From Octopus vulgaris (lineage: Eukaryota), in the NCBI GenBank assembly GCA_951406725.2, contig OX597839.1, forward strand, positions 31,682,001-31,746,000: a stretch of DNA of 64,000 nucleotides, read 5' to 3'. The position numbers were made by a program, and so were the translations under genes. The notes under the pieces were generated by a model that saw only the letters and a list, made by a program, of their open reading frames with translations, was not told the origin of the DNA and ran no database searches. Below, one piece after another: positions 27,670 through 42,857 of the stretch (its first letter is position 1; each line of letters opens with the position of its first letter).

Positions 27670-28726
27670 CACACACCACACATACACACAGCACACACAC
27701 ACACACAGCACACATACACACACACACACACAGCACACACACACACTCTTTCAAGCCCAATCGAACACAAGCATACACGTGCACACACACACACACACAC
27801 ACGCACACACACACACACACACACAGAGAAATCCTCCCCTGCTGACCCAGAGAAAGAAATGTGTAGACATTTATTGTATCAGTTGAAATGAAGTCTGTTA
27901 GTGCTGCCGCTTCTGTTGGATTTTAATTGTTGTTTAGAGAGATAACTTAGGTGCCAAGTTTAGCTTTAGTTGCCTTGGGGGTCTGCAGAAGAAGAAAGTA
28001 GAATCTGGGTTGGTTTGTAATCTTCCAAAGTTTCTGAGAGAATTCTTTGATAGTTTACCATAAAAGTCGGTGAAATTAATTTCTCCAGCTAATCTTCTTT
28101 CAAAGTAAACAATTTTCAAAATAGTGTTTGTTTACATTGACGAGAGAAGGTGTCTATATAAACGTTGCCATGCCCACCACCACTCGCCACAAATAACTAC
28201 AAAATTCGGTAATTTCAAACGATTTTAGAAAAGAAATGGAAATCAAAATTACTTTGATATTTGTGTAAAATCATCTGGATGTTGTGAACTGTTGGTGATG
28301 TTGTGGTGAGTAAAGAAAATTGATATGGTTTCAATTCCTAGGTGAGGCATTCACTTTGCCTGATATATTATTTTCGGCCTTCAACTGGGGCAAAAAATTT
28401 CATCTCTCCCTCAGTAGATTAAGCCAGGGTTTTTGGTGATAGTTTAATGGCCAATTACGAGTTATGAGATACTTTAAAATAATAAAACATGGGTACACAT
28501 GTCATAGATACATGTAGGCATGTAGAAACGCTATTTGCACTCTGAAACATAGTTAAAAACATTAACCACCTGCCTAATTTCATTTCATTTAATTAGAATT
28601 AAATATTTAATTAATTATTGGATGGTTGATACAGATCTGAACGGAAATACATAATTCATTTATATATTTTCTTTGGTTTATGAGACATTCAAAATTGCAC
28701 ATGTGTGTGTGTGCATGTGTGTGTGT

Positions 28727-28765
<39 letters not shown>

Positions 28766-29049
28766 TGTGTGCGTGCATGTGTGTGTGTGTGTATGCATGT
28801 ATCTGTGTCTAACTATCCATATATCTATCTAGTGAACATTTAAATTTTATTTATGTGTGTGTGCATGCATACGCATGTGTGTGAGCATGCATACATGTAT
28901 GTGCGTGTGTGTGTGTGTGCGTGTGTGTGCGTGTGTGTGTATGTGTGTGTGTGTGTGTATGCATGTATCTGTGTCTAACTATCCATATATCTATCTAGCG
29001 AACATTTAAATTTTATTTATGTGTGTGTGTGTGTGTGCGTGCATACATA

Positions 29050-29103
<54 letters not shown>

Positions 29104-29744
29104 CTGACATGGCTGTGTGGTTAAGAGGTTTGTTTCCCAACCATTAGGTCTCTAGTTCAGTTGCACTGCTTGGCCCCTTGATTAAGTCTCTTCTATAGCA
29201 GTGGACCGAACAAAGTTTTGTGAGTGAATTTGGAGATGGAAACTGTAAGAAGCTCATAGTGTGTGTGCATGTATGTATGTGTGTGTAAATCTATCTATCT
29301 TTCTATATGTGTACACACACACACACACACACACACACACTGTTCCAGAGTCAAGTCACAAAACAATAACACTTCTTCTCCCTTATAAAGTTGATCATAT
29401 ATTATTAACTAAAAAAAAAACTACTATGAAAATAATCTAATGTATGTGATTCTTTTCAAACATTTATCTAAATTTAATCTGTAATTAAGTACTGATAATA
29501 AGTTTATACTTTATTTGAGAAGAACAGTAAAAGCAACGATCATCCCTTATTATATTTATTATTTCATTAAGAGCTTAATTCTGAGCTGTTTTCTTTGGTA
29601 ATTTGATTACAGTTTAAACTTTGACACGTTAGAATAAGAATTATCTTCAGAACAACATTGTCAGTTCATCAGTCTGGGAAATTAAATTTCATGATTACAT
29701 CCCCTTGATAAACAGCAAATGTGTAGTGCATACGTGCATGCGTG

Positions 29745-29788
<44 letters not shown>

Positions 29789-30057
29789 CACATGCTCTTC
29801 TTTTGTGTGTGTGTGTGCATGTTTTTCGTGTGTGTTTGTGTTTCCTTGTCTAGACGTCACAGGAGAATTATAAATGAGTGTCACAGTCATACAAACAGAA
29901 CCCTCGGTTTCCAGTCTTCTGTGAAAACATGTCCAGTTCAGGGTGAGGGTTGGTGACAGGAAGGGCATCCAGCCAGAGAAAACCTGCCTCAACAAATTCC
30001 ATCTGACCCATTGCAAGTGGAAGCTAAAATGATGATACTGATAGCTATATATTCATG

Positions 30058-30102
<45 letters not shown>

Positions 30103-32487
30103 CTTATGTATCACTGATGAAGGGAGGGTCTACTTTACACTAAAAATAGATCCGCTAGGTTTCAATTGGTCCGATATTTACATATAAAATTTATTTTATT
30201 CCGGGTTTCTATGCACTAAGCCACTTTGTTACAAGTAGCGTGCGTACTGGGAAAAAAAGTATATGGTAAATGGACAATATGTCCAATTTTCGGCATATTT
30301 GGCATTAGAAATTTTTCCGTTTGCCCTTATTTATAAGTTGTTTATAATTTAACCTTTAAAGGTATTTTTTAATATGCTGGCCATTGATAAAAATTTTTTT
30401 AGAAAAAATTTTATCCTACATTAGATATATATATATACATGTACACAGACATACACACGTATGTACACACATGCACATACATACAACAGATAATACATGA
30501 ATGCGTGTGTGTATATATGTATAAGTATGAATGTATATGTTTGTGTACATATATGTATATATACATACACACAAGCACACATAAATATATATATATATTG
30601 AATATACATGTATATCAATGAATATGTGTGCTTGTATATAGTTGTGTGTGTGTGTGTGTACATAACTATAAAACTCTGTCCTTTTCATTTTGGGAGACAT
30701 CAATCAACAGAATAATGTGTAAATAAGACTTGAATGAAAATATACAACTTGGTCTATAAGGTTATAGAATACCAGTAATATGAGTGGGGGAACTGAAGCA
30801 AAACTGTATTTTATTGTTAAAGTTCATGTTTATAGAGTATCTATCTTACATTATTTATTTATTTACTTGTGGTTTTGTTCTTAAACTCAGGTGGACAATG
30901 TGAGCCAAATTCAAAACATCATTGAGATGGTTCCTATGTGACCTGCTACAAATAGCAGCCAAATCTCTCTCAAACAAAACTATTGTTGTAAGAACAAACA
31001 CATTGGCTAATACAGTCATGCACAACAATACTTTTTTAAAAAATTGGAAATAGTGAAATCTAATATTTTCAGCTGAGAATCAACTTTAGAAAAATTAGAT
31101 TTTCTTATTTACTTAGACTGACATCTAACTTTTAATTTTTTACTTGTTTCAGTCATCAGCCTGAAGAATTTTAGTCAAACAAATCAACTCCAGTATTTAA
31201 TCTTTATTTTTTAAGCCTGGTACTTTTTATATTGGACTCTTTTGCCAAACTGCTAAGTTACGGAAATGTAACCAGTTGCAAAGCAGTTGTGGGGGGACAA
31301 ACACAGACACACACACCTCTCTCAATTCTCTCTCTCACTCCCATAAATATATATATTACAGGCTTCTTTCAGTTTCCATCTTCCAAATCCACTCAAGGCT
31401 TTTGGTTAGCTTGGGGCTATAGTATAAGACACTTGCCCAAGGTTCAGCGCAGTGAGACTGAACCTGAAACCATGTGGTTTGAAGCACATATATTCTTTTA
31501 ATTGTCCCAGTCATTTGACTGCAGCCATGCTGGAGCACCAAGCACAGACATGACTGTAGGATCAATAAATTCATTTCATCACTATGTGTTCTGGGTTCAG
31601 TCCTAATGCACAGCAACATAGCTAAGGATCTTCAACAAAAGCCCAAAGTCTACCAATGGAAACTGTAGAAGTGAGTTTTGAGTAGAGATGTGTGTTTGTG
31701 TTCCTCACCATCTGGTGTTGGTTTGTTTTCATCCCAGTAATTTAGCAGTTTGGTAAAAACAGCTGGATTGAATAAGTGCCAGACTAAACAAATAATTCCT
31801 GGGGTGGGGGTCAATCTGACTGGAACCAGTAAAAGTTTACATGGTACAAACATAAACAGGGCTTTATTTTGACACAAGAGGAACAGATTTATATTGGTTT
31901 CAAACTTCAGCACAAGACCAGCAATTTCAGGAAGTGGGGTCAGTTGATTATATTGACCCCAGTGCTCAACTGGTACTTATTTTATTGATCCCCCAAATGG
32001 ATGAAAGGTAAAGTCGACTTCAATGGAGTTTGAACTCAGAATCTGAAGTCAGAAAAAAATGCTTAGCAGCATTTTGGCCAGCATGCTAACAATTAGGAGT
32101 GGAATGTAGTGATGATAATAACAGCATTCCAAAAATGACCACTACACCTATAAAACAGTTCCAACAGAGATTTGAAAGCAAAATAATAGGATCTGCAGCA
32201 TGCAGAAGTTACAACGTAGGCAAGGGTGTTATGGTAATTGTTAGAATCACCTACATTTCTATGTGGAAAGAGTCGTGAGTGTCTGGAGTTTGAACTGATC
32301 AAAGACTGAGGAGACATTGATGACAAAGTTTTAAAGCAGACATCACACACAGATCAGGTTGTGATGGGCTCAAAAGCTTTTGCATCTCAGCTCAACAATA
32401 ACATTAAAGACTGGCTGTGTATGCACACACACGCAGGCATATGGGAGAATGTAAACACATGTACATATATATATATGTATATATATA

Positions 32488-32593
<106 letters not shown>

Positions 32594-32670
32594 ACAAATA
32601 CATGCATATATGTACATATATATATGTCTATGCGCGCATATATATATATATGTATATATGTGCATATATA

Positions 32671-32703
<33 letters not shown>

Positions 32704-33237
32704 ATACACGCATACACACACTCATGTGTGCGTATAATTATTGGAGCTGGCAACTCACATCTATCACATCTAGTTATTTGAATTTTATGTTCCTGATCAT
32801 CAAACTGGATATGGACACATGGACACCCCCCCACACACACACACACACATGGAAAGAGAGAGAATTACCAGATGTATTTACATCTGTTCAAACTCTCACA
32901 TCCAAGTCTTAAAATAGAGCACTTTTAACTACTTAAATTTTATTTCAGGTTTTTAATACACATTGTGCTGTAAATAAATATTTTATACACACACACACAG
33001 ACACACACGCACACAGAGTTTTGGGAGGTGGCATATATATATATATATATATATATATTAAAGTTCATGTTAGCAAACCAGATTATTTCCTCTTAACTAA
33101 AGATCATAGCACATATTCAATTGACATTAATCAACCAGTGTGTCTTTAAGTCAAGATTTGTTTCAGATGAACAGCATCAGCTAAAGTCAGCTACACAAAA
33201 CATTTATATCTAAACAAAAGACACACCTAAATTTCGT

Positions 33238-33277
<40 letters not shown>

Positions 33278-33458
33278 ATATACATACACACATGTATATA
33301 AACATTCAATTGTAAAGGTTTTAGTATTTATATTAGAGATAAAACTTATTCTAAATTAACTAATTAAGTGACAGATATAATAGATGAGTGGAGAGCAGGG
33401 TTATATCATGTTTGACTAAATAGCATCTAAAACTGAAACAAACACCAACAACAGCAAC

Positions 33459-33731
<273 letters not shown>

Positions 33732-34621
33732 TGCTGGTTAAATTACTCCTTATCACCAAAGTTTGTTTATTCTGTTCATGGTTGTTTGAGCAAGTTACAC
33801 AATATTGAATGTCATTCAACAGAGATAAGCAAAGTCTTCAGGAAAACTTAGAAATTCTTATAAGTTTCCCTTCAGAATTCTTATCAGTGATTCTACACCC
33901 ACCATATTCTCAACCATCAAATTCCCTCATTCCACACCTTTGGAGAATTGGTGGTGGTGGTGGTGGTGGTGGTGGTGAGGAGGGTGCAGTTTAGAGGTAG
34001 AAAGAAATACAGAATAAAAGAAACTAAAACGAAACTAAACAAATCCAGTTACTAATACCAACCCGAGTATGTCTAAAGAGTGAATAGCTATACATAGAAA
34101 TTGTGAGATGACATCTGGATGAGAAAATGGAGAGGATTATAGATGCTGTGGTGTTCATCCTTTCTCATGTAATAATATGATATAGTGGGAAGTGAGTCAT
34201 CCAAAGTGGGGAAAAGAGTCAACTGAATTCAAATCAATATATAGCTGGTATTTCTGGTGATTGGTTATTTTTTCTCGCTTAGCAGTCAATAAACTAAGTC
34301 AACTACTCAAATGGAATTTGAACTCAGACCCAATAGCACTGAAAGCCCTGACTGTATTTGATTTAGCCAAAGACCCTACTGTCTCAGCCACCTTTATTGC
34401 TCTTTTACTAATTATTATTTCTTTCAGCTAATTAGGAAGCCAACTTTTTGTAGAAAGCAACTGTTTAGTCTGCCCTTCATTCTAATGAATTAACCACAGT
34501 ATATCACTGGTATTTTACTAACATTCTGGGAAGGGTTAGAGAGTTAAATTCATAACCAACAAAATTCAAATATACTTACTAAAACTAAATGTTGTCATTT
34601 ATAATACTTTACTATAAACAC

Positions 34622-34656
<35 letters not shown>

Positions 34657-34733
34657 CATACACACACACAATTATTCTTTAAAACAGTTTGATTTGGCTC
34701 CATGTGACAAAGTTTCATAGGCTTCTTAAACCC

Positions 34734-35147
34734 TTTTACTCTTTTACTTGTTTCAGTCATTTGACTGCGGCCATGCTGGAGCACCGCCTTTAGTCGAGCA
34801 ATTCGACCCCAGGACTTATTCTTTGTAAGCCTAGTACTTATTCTATTTGTCTCTTTTGCCGAACAGCTAAGTTACAGGGATGTAAACACACCACCATCAG
34901 TTGTCAAGCGATGTTGGGGAGACAAACACAGACGCACAAACATATACACACACACATACATACATATATATATATACATATATATGACAGGATTCTTTCA
35001 ATTTCCATCTACCAAATCCACTCACAAGGCTTTGGTCAGCCTGAGGCTATAGCAGAAGACACTTGCCCAAGGTGCCACGCAGTGGGACTGAACCTGGAAA
35101 CATGTGGTTGGCAAGCAAACTACTTACCACTCAGTTACTCTTGCATA
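34734..35147 (-). mobile_element. SINE family C, full length
   Basis: Near-identical to the copy at 60208-60592. Confidence 0.88.
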
Positions 35148-35224
35148 AGAACCACAATAAAAATGACAACGATGACAATGATGCCATAGCAGAGTATTAT
35201 AGCTTGCTGGGCTCACTTAACCAA

Positions 35225-35281
<57 letters not shown>

Positions 35282-37256
35282 TTTTTCCAACCACACTATT
35301 TGCCTGTGTCATTTTAACAATGATAAATAAGGATAGTTTTTCTATTTTCTTCTGAGTAGATACACGATGAATGACTGCTATCTATTTTATCTATTTTATG
35401 AGTAAAAGGAAAAAATGAAAAAAAAAAAAAATGGTGAACTAGTGAAATTTGAACCCAATAAAAATTGTTTTGAATTCTGGCACAAGGCCAGCAATTTTTA
35501 AGGGGAAGCGTTAGTTGTATATATTAACCTCAGAACATTACTGGTACTTTATTTTATCAATGAAAGGCAAAACTGACTTCAGCAGAATTTGAACTTGGAA
35601 TGTAAAGAGACAGACAACTGCTAATCTTTTTTATAACTCTATTATGATTATACCAGCTTACCACAATGATGATGATGATGATGATAATAATAATAATAAT
35701 ATTAATAATTTTTCTAATTTAGGTACATGGTTTAGAAATGTATTTGAAACCATTGACCCTAGTATGTGGCTGGTAGTTTACTGACCCTGAAAACTGACTT
35801 CAGGGGGATTTGAACTCAGAATATGAAGGACCACAACAAATACTTTAAAGCATTTTTTCAATGCTCTAACAATTTAGCTAATTCACTACCCTAACAGCAA
35901 CAACAATTGCCTAAATGAAGTTTCTAAACAATTTAATACAAAAGAATATATATATATATATTAATTATATTTATCTTGGAAAATTTGTCAAAGATTAATT
36001 GTATAGTTGCAATTAATAAGGGTGAATTAAACATTTAATTTAGATAAGACAATCTATATATTAGAAATTATGTCTGAAGAATATTAAAGGAGGAAAAGAG
36101 AGGAAGAAAGGAAAAGAAAGAATGAGAGAGAAAGAGTGTGGAAAAAGAGGGAGAAATAATGAGGAAATGAATGAGAGATAGTTTAAATTTGAAAAAACTT
36201 TAAAATAGAGAGATTTCATCGAGATTTTATAATGAGATTTTCTTCTCTTTTTTTTCTCTTTTTTACTTTTCTTAAGTTCAATAAATTTTCTGACTTGAAG
36301 CTAAGTAAAACAGAAATACTTAAAGTAAAACACAAGAGACTAAAATAACACAGAAATTAACAGAAATCTATTAAGAAGCGAGATTTGGATTCAATTTAAA
36401 TGCGAATAATTAAACTTCTAAAAACAAAACAAAAAGAATAAATGGAGAAGATAATCCTCTCCGCCTCCTCCTCTAAAACATTCCTTTGCAAGAATGGATA
36501 ACTTTAGCAGGAACCAAAAAAAAAAAAAAATAGTAAAAGAGAGACACTGATATAATTTCAGCAAGAATATATATCTGTCACTGGTATTGTTTATCACCAG
36601 AAGAGATAATAACTAATCTAAAGAAACCAGCATCATATTGTTAAGGAAAAGCCACACACACACACACACACACACACAATATAATATATCTAACTAAGTA
36701 TTAATATATTTCATTGGCAGATATACATTGAAAAATTTTCATTCATTAAAACTAATACAGACAGGTAAGAAAAGCAATTATAAGTACAGAAATTTGTAAA
36801 CATATTAACACAGACAACTACAGACATAATGCAAATATTAATCTAGAGTATTAAACATATAATAATCAAGGTCCATCTATATATATATATATATATACAT
36901 CATTGTATATACATTTGTGTGTAGCAGAGGTGTTTCAGAATATGAGTCGCTATGTTAATATGTGTATACATAAGCTTGCATTTATAAATGCTAACATGTG
37001 TGTGTTTATATATATATATATATTTATATATATAAATATATATATATGAGTGTGTGTGACATAGTTTTGGTATGAATGTTTATGTTTGGGGTTAAGAAGG
37101 ATCAGCTGCAAATATTACTTGTAAATTAGAACAAAAACAAACCAAGGGAGGATCAGAAGGATAACAAAAATATGGGAAAAAAATCAGAAGGATAACAAAA
37201 ATATGGGAAAAAAATCAGAAGGAATCATTGAAATCCAAAGAATGAAATTGTCTTAC

Positions 37257-38300
37257 CTCGAAATTTTTAATTAAACTTTATCGTATTTTCAATAAATTTT
37301 CCAATTGATGCAGATAAAGATGCAGCAACTTACATGCTGCACTTTAATTGCAAAAGTATGACAGACTTTTACGTGCGTGTTTATATCATATAAATATATA
37401 ACAAGTGTAAATATATATATATATGTGTTTGTATGTATTTGTTTCCTTCAGCAGCCTCTCTCTTTTTTTAATCTCTCTCTCTCACTTTTAATCGGCAACA
37501 ATTCACATTTGTTGCTGTTTTATACAATGACTGCTAATTCACATTTGTTGCACACTCAACCAGCAAAAAGTGTTGTTTTTGAGGGCGTAGCTACTGTTAT
37601 TGTTGTTGTTGTCGATGCTGCCGCCGTAGCTTTAATTCTTTCTCCTCACTCGTCACACGTGTAAATCTAATAGACGTTAAAGGACAAACTCTTAGTTCCA
37701 ATTACTATTATTATTATTATTATCGTTATCGTTATTATTATTATTATTATTGTGATTATTAGAGTTTTGTTATGGGTAAGAAACCATCACAGACAACAGG
37801 CTGATCGGAGAAAGTATGAACAAGCATGCGGCTTGCAGGATTTCTTTCCAGGGAAAGAAGAGGAAGAGGGAGAGAAGGAGGCAGACTTCACAGGGAGATT
37901 CGAAGTCAGGATGCATGTCAAGTGTTGCTGTTTGCTCCCCCCACCTTTTCTTTTTGCTTGTTTGTTTGTTTGTTTGCTTCTTCTACATTTATTTTTTTTT
38001 TCTTCTTTATTTTCTTTTCTTTTCTTTTTCGTTATTTTATTTCGTTTTTTTCTTCTTTTTTTGTCATCTGCAGCCTCATCTTCCCTTCATCTTCGCTGCA
38101 GCTGCTGATTTCAGCAATGACTAGTCACTTGCTTCCACCATTTTATATATGAATCAATAGCAAAAGCAAAATATCAGTTTGTGTAGTGAACTGCACGAGG
38201 TGGTGGCAGTGGTGGTGGCGACGGTAGCAATAGCAGCAGTAGCAGCAGCAGTAGTAGCAGCAGTAGTATTCACTATTGGTATGTTCAGTGGTTGATATAA
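37257..38300 (-). promoter_or_regulatory. Candidate promoter/5' UTR exon of an unidentified host gene
   Basis: TE-poor island ~35950-38690 with relatively more CpG and an E-box CACGTG at ~37655. A strong minus-strand donor CGAG|GTAAGA lies at 37257/37256. Inference only. Confidence 0.3.
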
Positions 38301-39371
38301 CCAGCAAAAAGCTGATTGCAAATGCTATTATAAAGTACAGTGAAAGTAATAAAGGAGTAAATTGATATATTTTTTTTTCTTTCTGGTTTCCCCCCCCCCC
38401 TCCTACTTACTCATCATTTATTTTTTTTTTTTTTTTATTTCATTTGATGATTTTATTTAATTTTAATTTTTTTTTTTTTTTTGTTAAAGTATTCAATATC
38501 TCCTCCGCTACTGTTTCAGCTTCTGTCAGCCTTCAAATAAGGAAATTAAACTGAAATGTTGCTATTATTTTCATAATAACAGAATTCAAAGTTTTTAAAA
38601 ATTCTTGAAAGATTCCTTAACCATCAATGTTTACAAGAGATTATAAACAAATGAAAGGAAGAGGAGACATCTAAGTGTTGGCGAGTCATTTCAATGTTCA
38701 GCATCACTTCAATAAGTTTGTGTGTGTGTGTGTGTACATGTCTACTTGTTACATTCTCATTCCTCAATATCAGTTCAGTAATAATTAACTACCAACCTCC
38801 ATTCTGTTATTCCTCTTTTCAACATTTGTCTGGAATATTTTGTTTACAATACATAAACTTAGAGTACTTGCGACTCCTTTGTGTGTGTGTGTGTGAGTGA
38901 GTGTGTGTGTGTGTGTGCATATCTGTGTGTGTATGCATGTGTGTTCATCTACATGTGTGTATGTGTGAGTTATGTCTGAGTATGCATGAGTGTATTTGTA
39001 TGTAAGTTGTGTGTATGTTATGGTAAATTTGCTTGATTTAATCACCGTTAAAGTTTTGCAGTTCAAAGTAATCGAACGGCATCAATGAAGAATTAATGAA
39101 ATAGAACATTATCACCTATAACTGTCGGTTGCTATTAATTACACCAGTAATAATAATAATAATAACAACAGTAAGAACAGTTTAGCAGAGCTCCAGTGAA
39201 CACTGACACTCTGCTAAACCTTGTAAATATAAGAATTTATAAACTTTATAAATATAGTAACAACAATAATAATAATGACTCCAAGAGTCACTATGGGAGA
39301 ATAAGAACAGGTTATTATCAACCTTGATACAATATAGTATAGTGGCATAGTAACTATATACATACAAATAT

Positions 39372-39426
<55 letters not shown>

Positions 39427-39566
39427 TGCGTAGTGGTTACTATATACTTAGATACTGTAGAGTATAGTAAATATATATATATATATATATATATACCGGA
39501 GTAAACACATAAATGTGAAACAAGGTGGAAAAAAGAGTACTCAAATACCAGTGGTAGAGTAATATG

Positions 39567-39629
39567 CTTTATTTAAAGCAGCAGAAAATTCAACAGGTTT
39601 TGTTGAATTTTCTGCTGCTTTAAATAAAG
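39567..39629. repeat. Perfect 29-bp inverted repeat (5-nt loop) in a (TA)n-embedded element (39494-39630)
   Basis: ctttatttaaagcagcagaaaattcaaca ggttt tgttgaattttctgctgctttaaataaag. Confidence 0.95.
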
Positions 39630-39788
39630 TATATATATATAGATAGATAGATAGATAGTAGTTCTATATACCTAGTGACTGCAGTAAATCTAGAGACTGA
39701 GGTATGGAGGTAGAGTAATGAACAAATGTGCTTATAAAAAAATGACTTGGTGAAAATGGGGCATTAATGTCACTCCACTGTTGAAATA

Positions 39789-39971
39789 TTAACCCTTTGG
39801 ATACCAACCCACCTGTGACCACCACCACTCTAGTTCTATGATACAAACGTCTTGCTTTAAAGTGATCTAAGTTATAACTTTCCATCAAAATTTTCATGTT
39901 AATTCACTTCCAAATACCAGCTAAGTAATAAGGAAGTTATTTTATCAAGTTCTTCATTCCAAAAGGGTCAA
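39789..39971 (+). mobile_element. piggyBac-like MITE
   Basis: ttaacccttt...aaaagggtcaa; homologous to the inverted copy at 55252-55481. Confidence 0.7.
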
Positions 39972-41315
39972 ATATTTGAGAAGTTCTTTCAATTTCAATA
40001 GCATAAAACTTAAAAAATAAACTCTGCAAGCATAATACGAGTAAAAATGTTTTTAAAAGGCATTTTTAGGTAAGATAGTTTAATAAGAATTTTATGCATA
40101 GCCACGGCTATGCATAAGGATTTTATGCATAGCTGTGGGGTTTTTATGCCCTACCATGAAGCCGCAAGGGATGATGAAAGCAAAAGTTGCAACTCGTTAG
40201 CCTGAAATCAGCTAAGATCTAACAGTTCAATGATGAAAGACAACCCAGCTGTGACCATCATTCATCCCTGTCCATCAGAATGCAAATGCATCTTTGATTA
40301 TTCAATGTATTCTTATTTTAAGACAACCAGGTATAATCTGAGGAGATTTAGCCACTATTTCTAGCTTCCTTAATAGCTCAGCAAACAATCTTGCAGAAAG
40401 TCGTTTGTTCACTTAATGAAAGCAAAGTTGTTACCTTTGGAGACCCCAGATTCCTTTCCTGTCTCTGGTCTTACAAAGCTGCCTCTCAATAACATTGGCT
40501 CAAATTTTACTTCCTCAATAAACTTTTATACATTACTGCTAGAGAAGACAGAACGTTGGTTCTTGATCACCTCGTTCACTTAAGTACAGCAAAACTTTAT
40601 CACCTTTCTGGGTTCATTCTGTACATCAGTGTGTGGGGACCGATTTGATACCAGGGGTCAATTGCAACTGCATGAGAACTTGAAGGAGTGCATCTGTGCT
40701 GGAAAAAGTGTTTGCTCACAGCTTCAAATTTGAGGAGAAGCAGAATTTTGTGTGTGTGGGGGAGGGGTTCTCTACTTCTCTTCCGTACTAATTATTTAAC
40801 TCCGCAGTCTTTATCCACAAACACTTTTCTTTTTTAATTTTTTACTTGTATCAGTCATTGGGCTGTGACCAGACTGGAGCACTGCCCTGGAGGGTTTCAA
40901 TCAACTCCAGTATTTAACAATTTTACTTACAGCCTGAGGCTGTTGTAGAAGACATTTGTCCAAAGTGCTGTGCAGTGAGAGCAAACTCAAAACTCTCTCT
41001 TTCTGTTCACAGTAGAAACAAAATCTCTAAGTGCAGCCAAGATCTTTTCTCAGATCTGAACTCTGACCATCAAGAGGGATTTCCAAAATATCATATAATG
41101 AGAGATAAATAAATTTACCCAATGATATACTACAACACTGGCACAGCATATAAGTGTCGAAAAGCAAAAACTATTTCACCAACTCCCAGCTACTCATAAA
41201 CAATGCATGACATAAACAATTCTGCTCTCTACACATTACATTTACAGACAATCTTCTCAACAATAGACTAACACCATTTCATTTTTCTTAACCAACTTCA
41301 AAGAGAAGTGACATA

Positions 41316-41828
41316 TGTGGCAGACCATAAAAACACAAGTGTCAAACAAACAAAATAAATTTTTCTCTGTTCTTCTCTTATTTGTTATTCATGTGATACA
41401 CTGTCTGCTCTTTCCATTTGGTCACATGATACAGTGTTTATTCAGTGCTTCATCATGTTGTCATGCTCTCTCTCTCTCTCTCTCTCTCTCTCAGCCATGT
41501 GTCGCCCTTCATCTGCCACTCATATACACCATCTTTCATCTTTCTCTGTGTCAGAACACACGCAGGCATGTGCACAGACATACCTCAAATACATAAACAA
41601 TCTATATTGGCCTCTTGAGGAGGTTCTATATACTCTGCATAACAACTGGTGCAACACAAGGGATTCAGTTTGTTTCCAGCAACCCATGCTAACCCATTGG
41701 AAAGCATAATTATATAAAACTCGAGAGTGTGTCTCACATTCAGACATGCCACAACTGTGATCTAGGAATACAAATACATGTCTAGACTAAAGAACAATTG
41801 TCTTATAAATAAACTAACTCTTGTCACA
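41316..41828 (-). mobile_element. Probable 3' LTR of a decayed LTR retrotransposon, with internal remnant to ~42540
   Basis: Ends TGTGACA...TGCCACA (minus strand), directly preceded by purine-rich aacgaagtgggataa (PPT-like). On minus, TATATA (~41626-31), a (GA)n tract and AATAAA (41437-42) occur in LTR order. Confidence 0.55.
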
Positions 41829-42857
41829 TTATCCCACTTCGTTAACATGAATAATAGTTCATCCTCGTTAACTATTATAAACAATCACATCTGCTCCTCT
41901 CACCTAACCATTTACCGTTCTTATGGTCAAATCCAGTGTTTCTGAACCCTCAAACTCAAAATCAAATCTGTTCCTTATCTTTTTTACTTCACAGGAATGG
42001 ACATTAAAACTAATCACTTTTCTCTTCATTACAGATACAATTTTAATTGATTTTAAAAAATGTCAATTCATTCACATTTTTTCTCTCACCTCCAACTTCT
42101 TGTATGTTCTTGCAATCTTCCCATGCAATTATTTAAAATTATCCAACCGGTGGACATTTCCCCCTCAGATATCTTTCTATTCTTCATCATTCCACGATTT
42201 GTCAGTAGATAAAAGAATATGTTTTACTGAAAAGGATTAATAACACTAAAACATGTTCAGAGTTGACACTGTACTCACCAAAGGTCATACTTCCAACTGC
42301 ATGTTTCCAACCAATACTTCAGTCCCTTGGCTTTCTTGACAAGAATTATCATTAAAGCTAATGAATTTGCTAACCTTTACAGAGGTAATTCATTGGGTGC
42401 TCTACATCAAGTACATTTTCTCCCACTTGACTCAATATCAAACACAATGTCCAACCCTTTCACAACTAAATTGACCATCTCTGAGAAATACTTAATCACT
42501 CTTTATAATCACAAGTTTCTTCCACCCACAACAGCTAAAAATTAACCCTTAAGGTAATAACTCCTTCTAGTCAGGGCATTTCTGTGGTCAAAGTAGAAGC
42601 AAGAAAGGCCCTGGGAGCTACATTGCACCTTGACAACAAAACTAAAGGAAAGTTTCAAATGGGACTCATTAATGCTTTTGTCCCTAACCCAAGTGCTTTA
42701 GCAAATACTAATGGGAATTGATAACTATATAAGGTACTAGTTTTGTTGAGGACCTACCAGTGCACCACATGCAATGGAAGTATTACAATCAGATCATAAA
42801 AAATGTAATGTTGTGGGGTCAGGGGGACAGTTAATAAAAAATCCTTCTACAAATATC

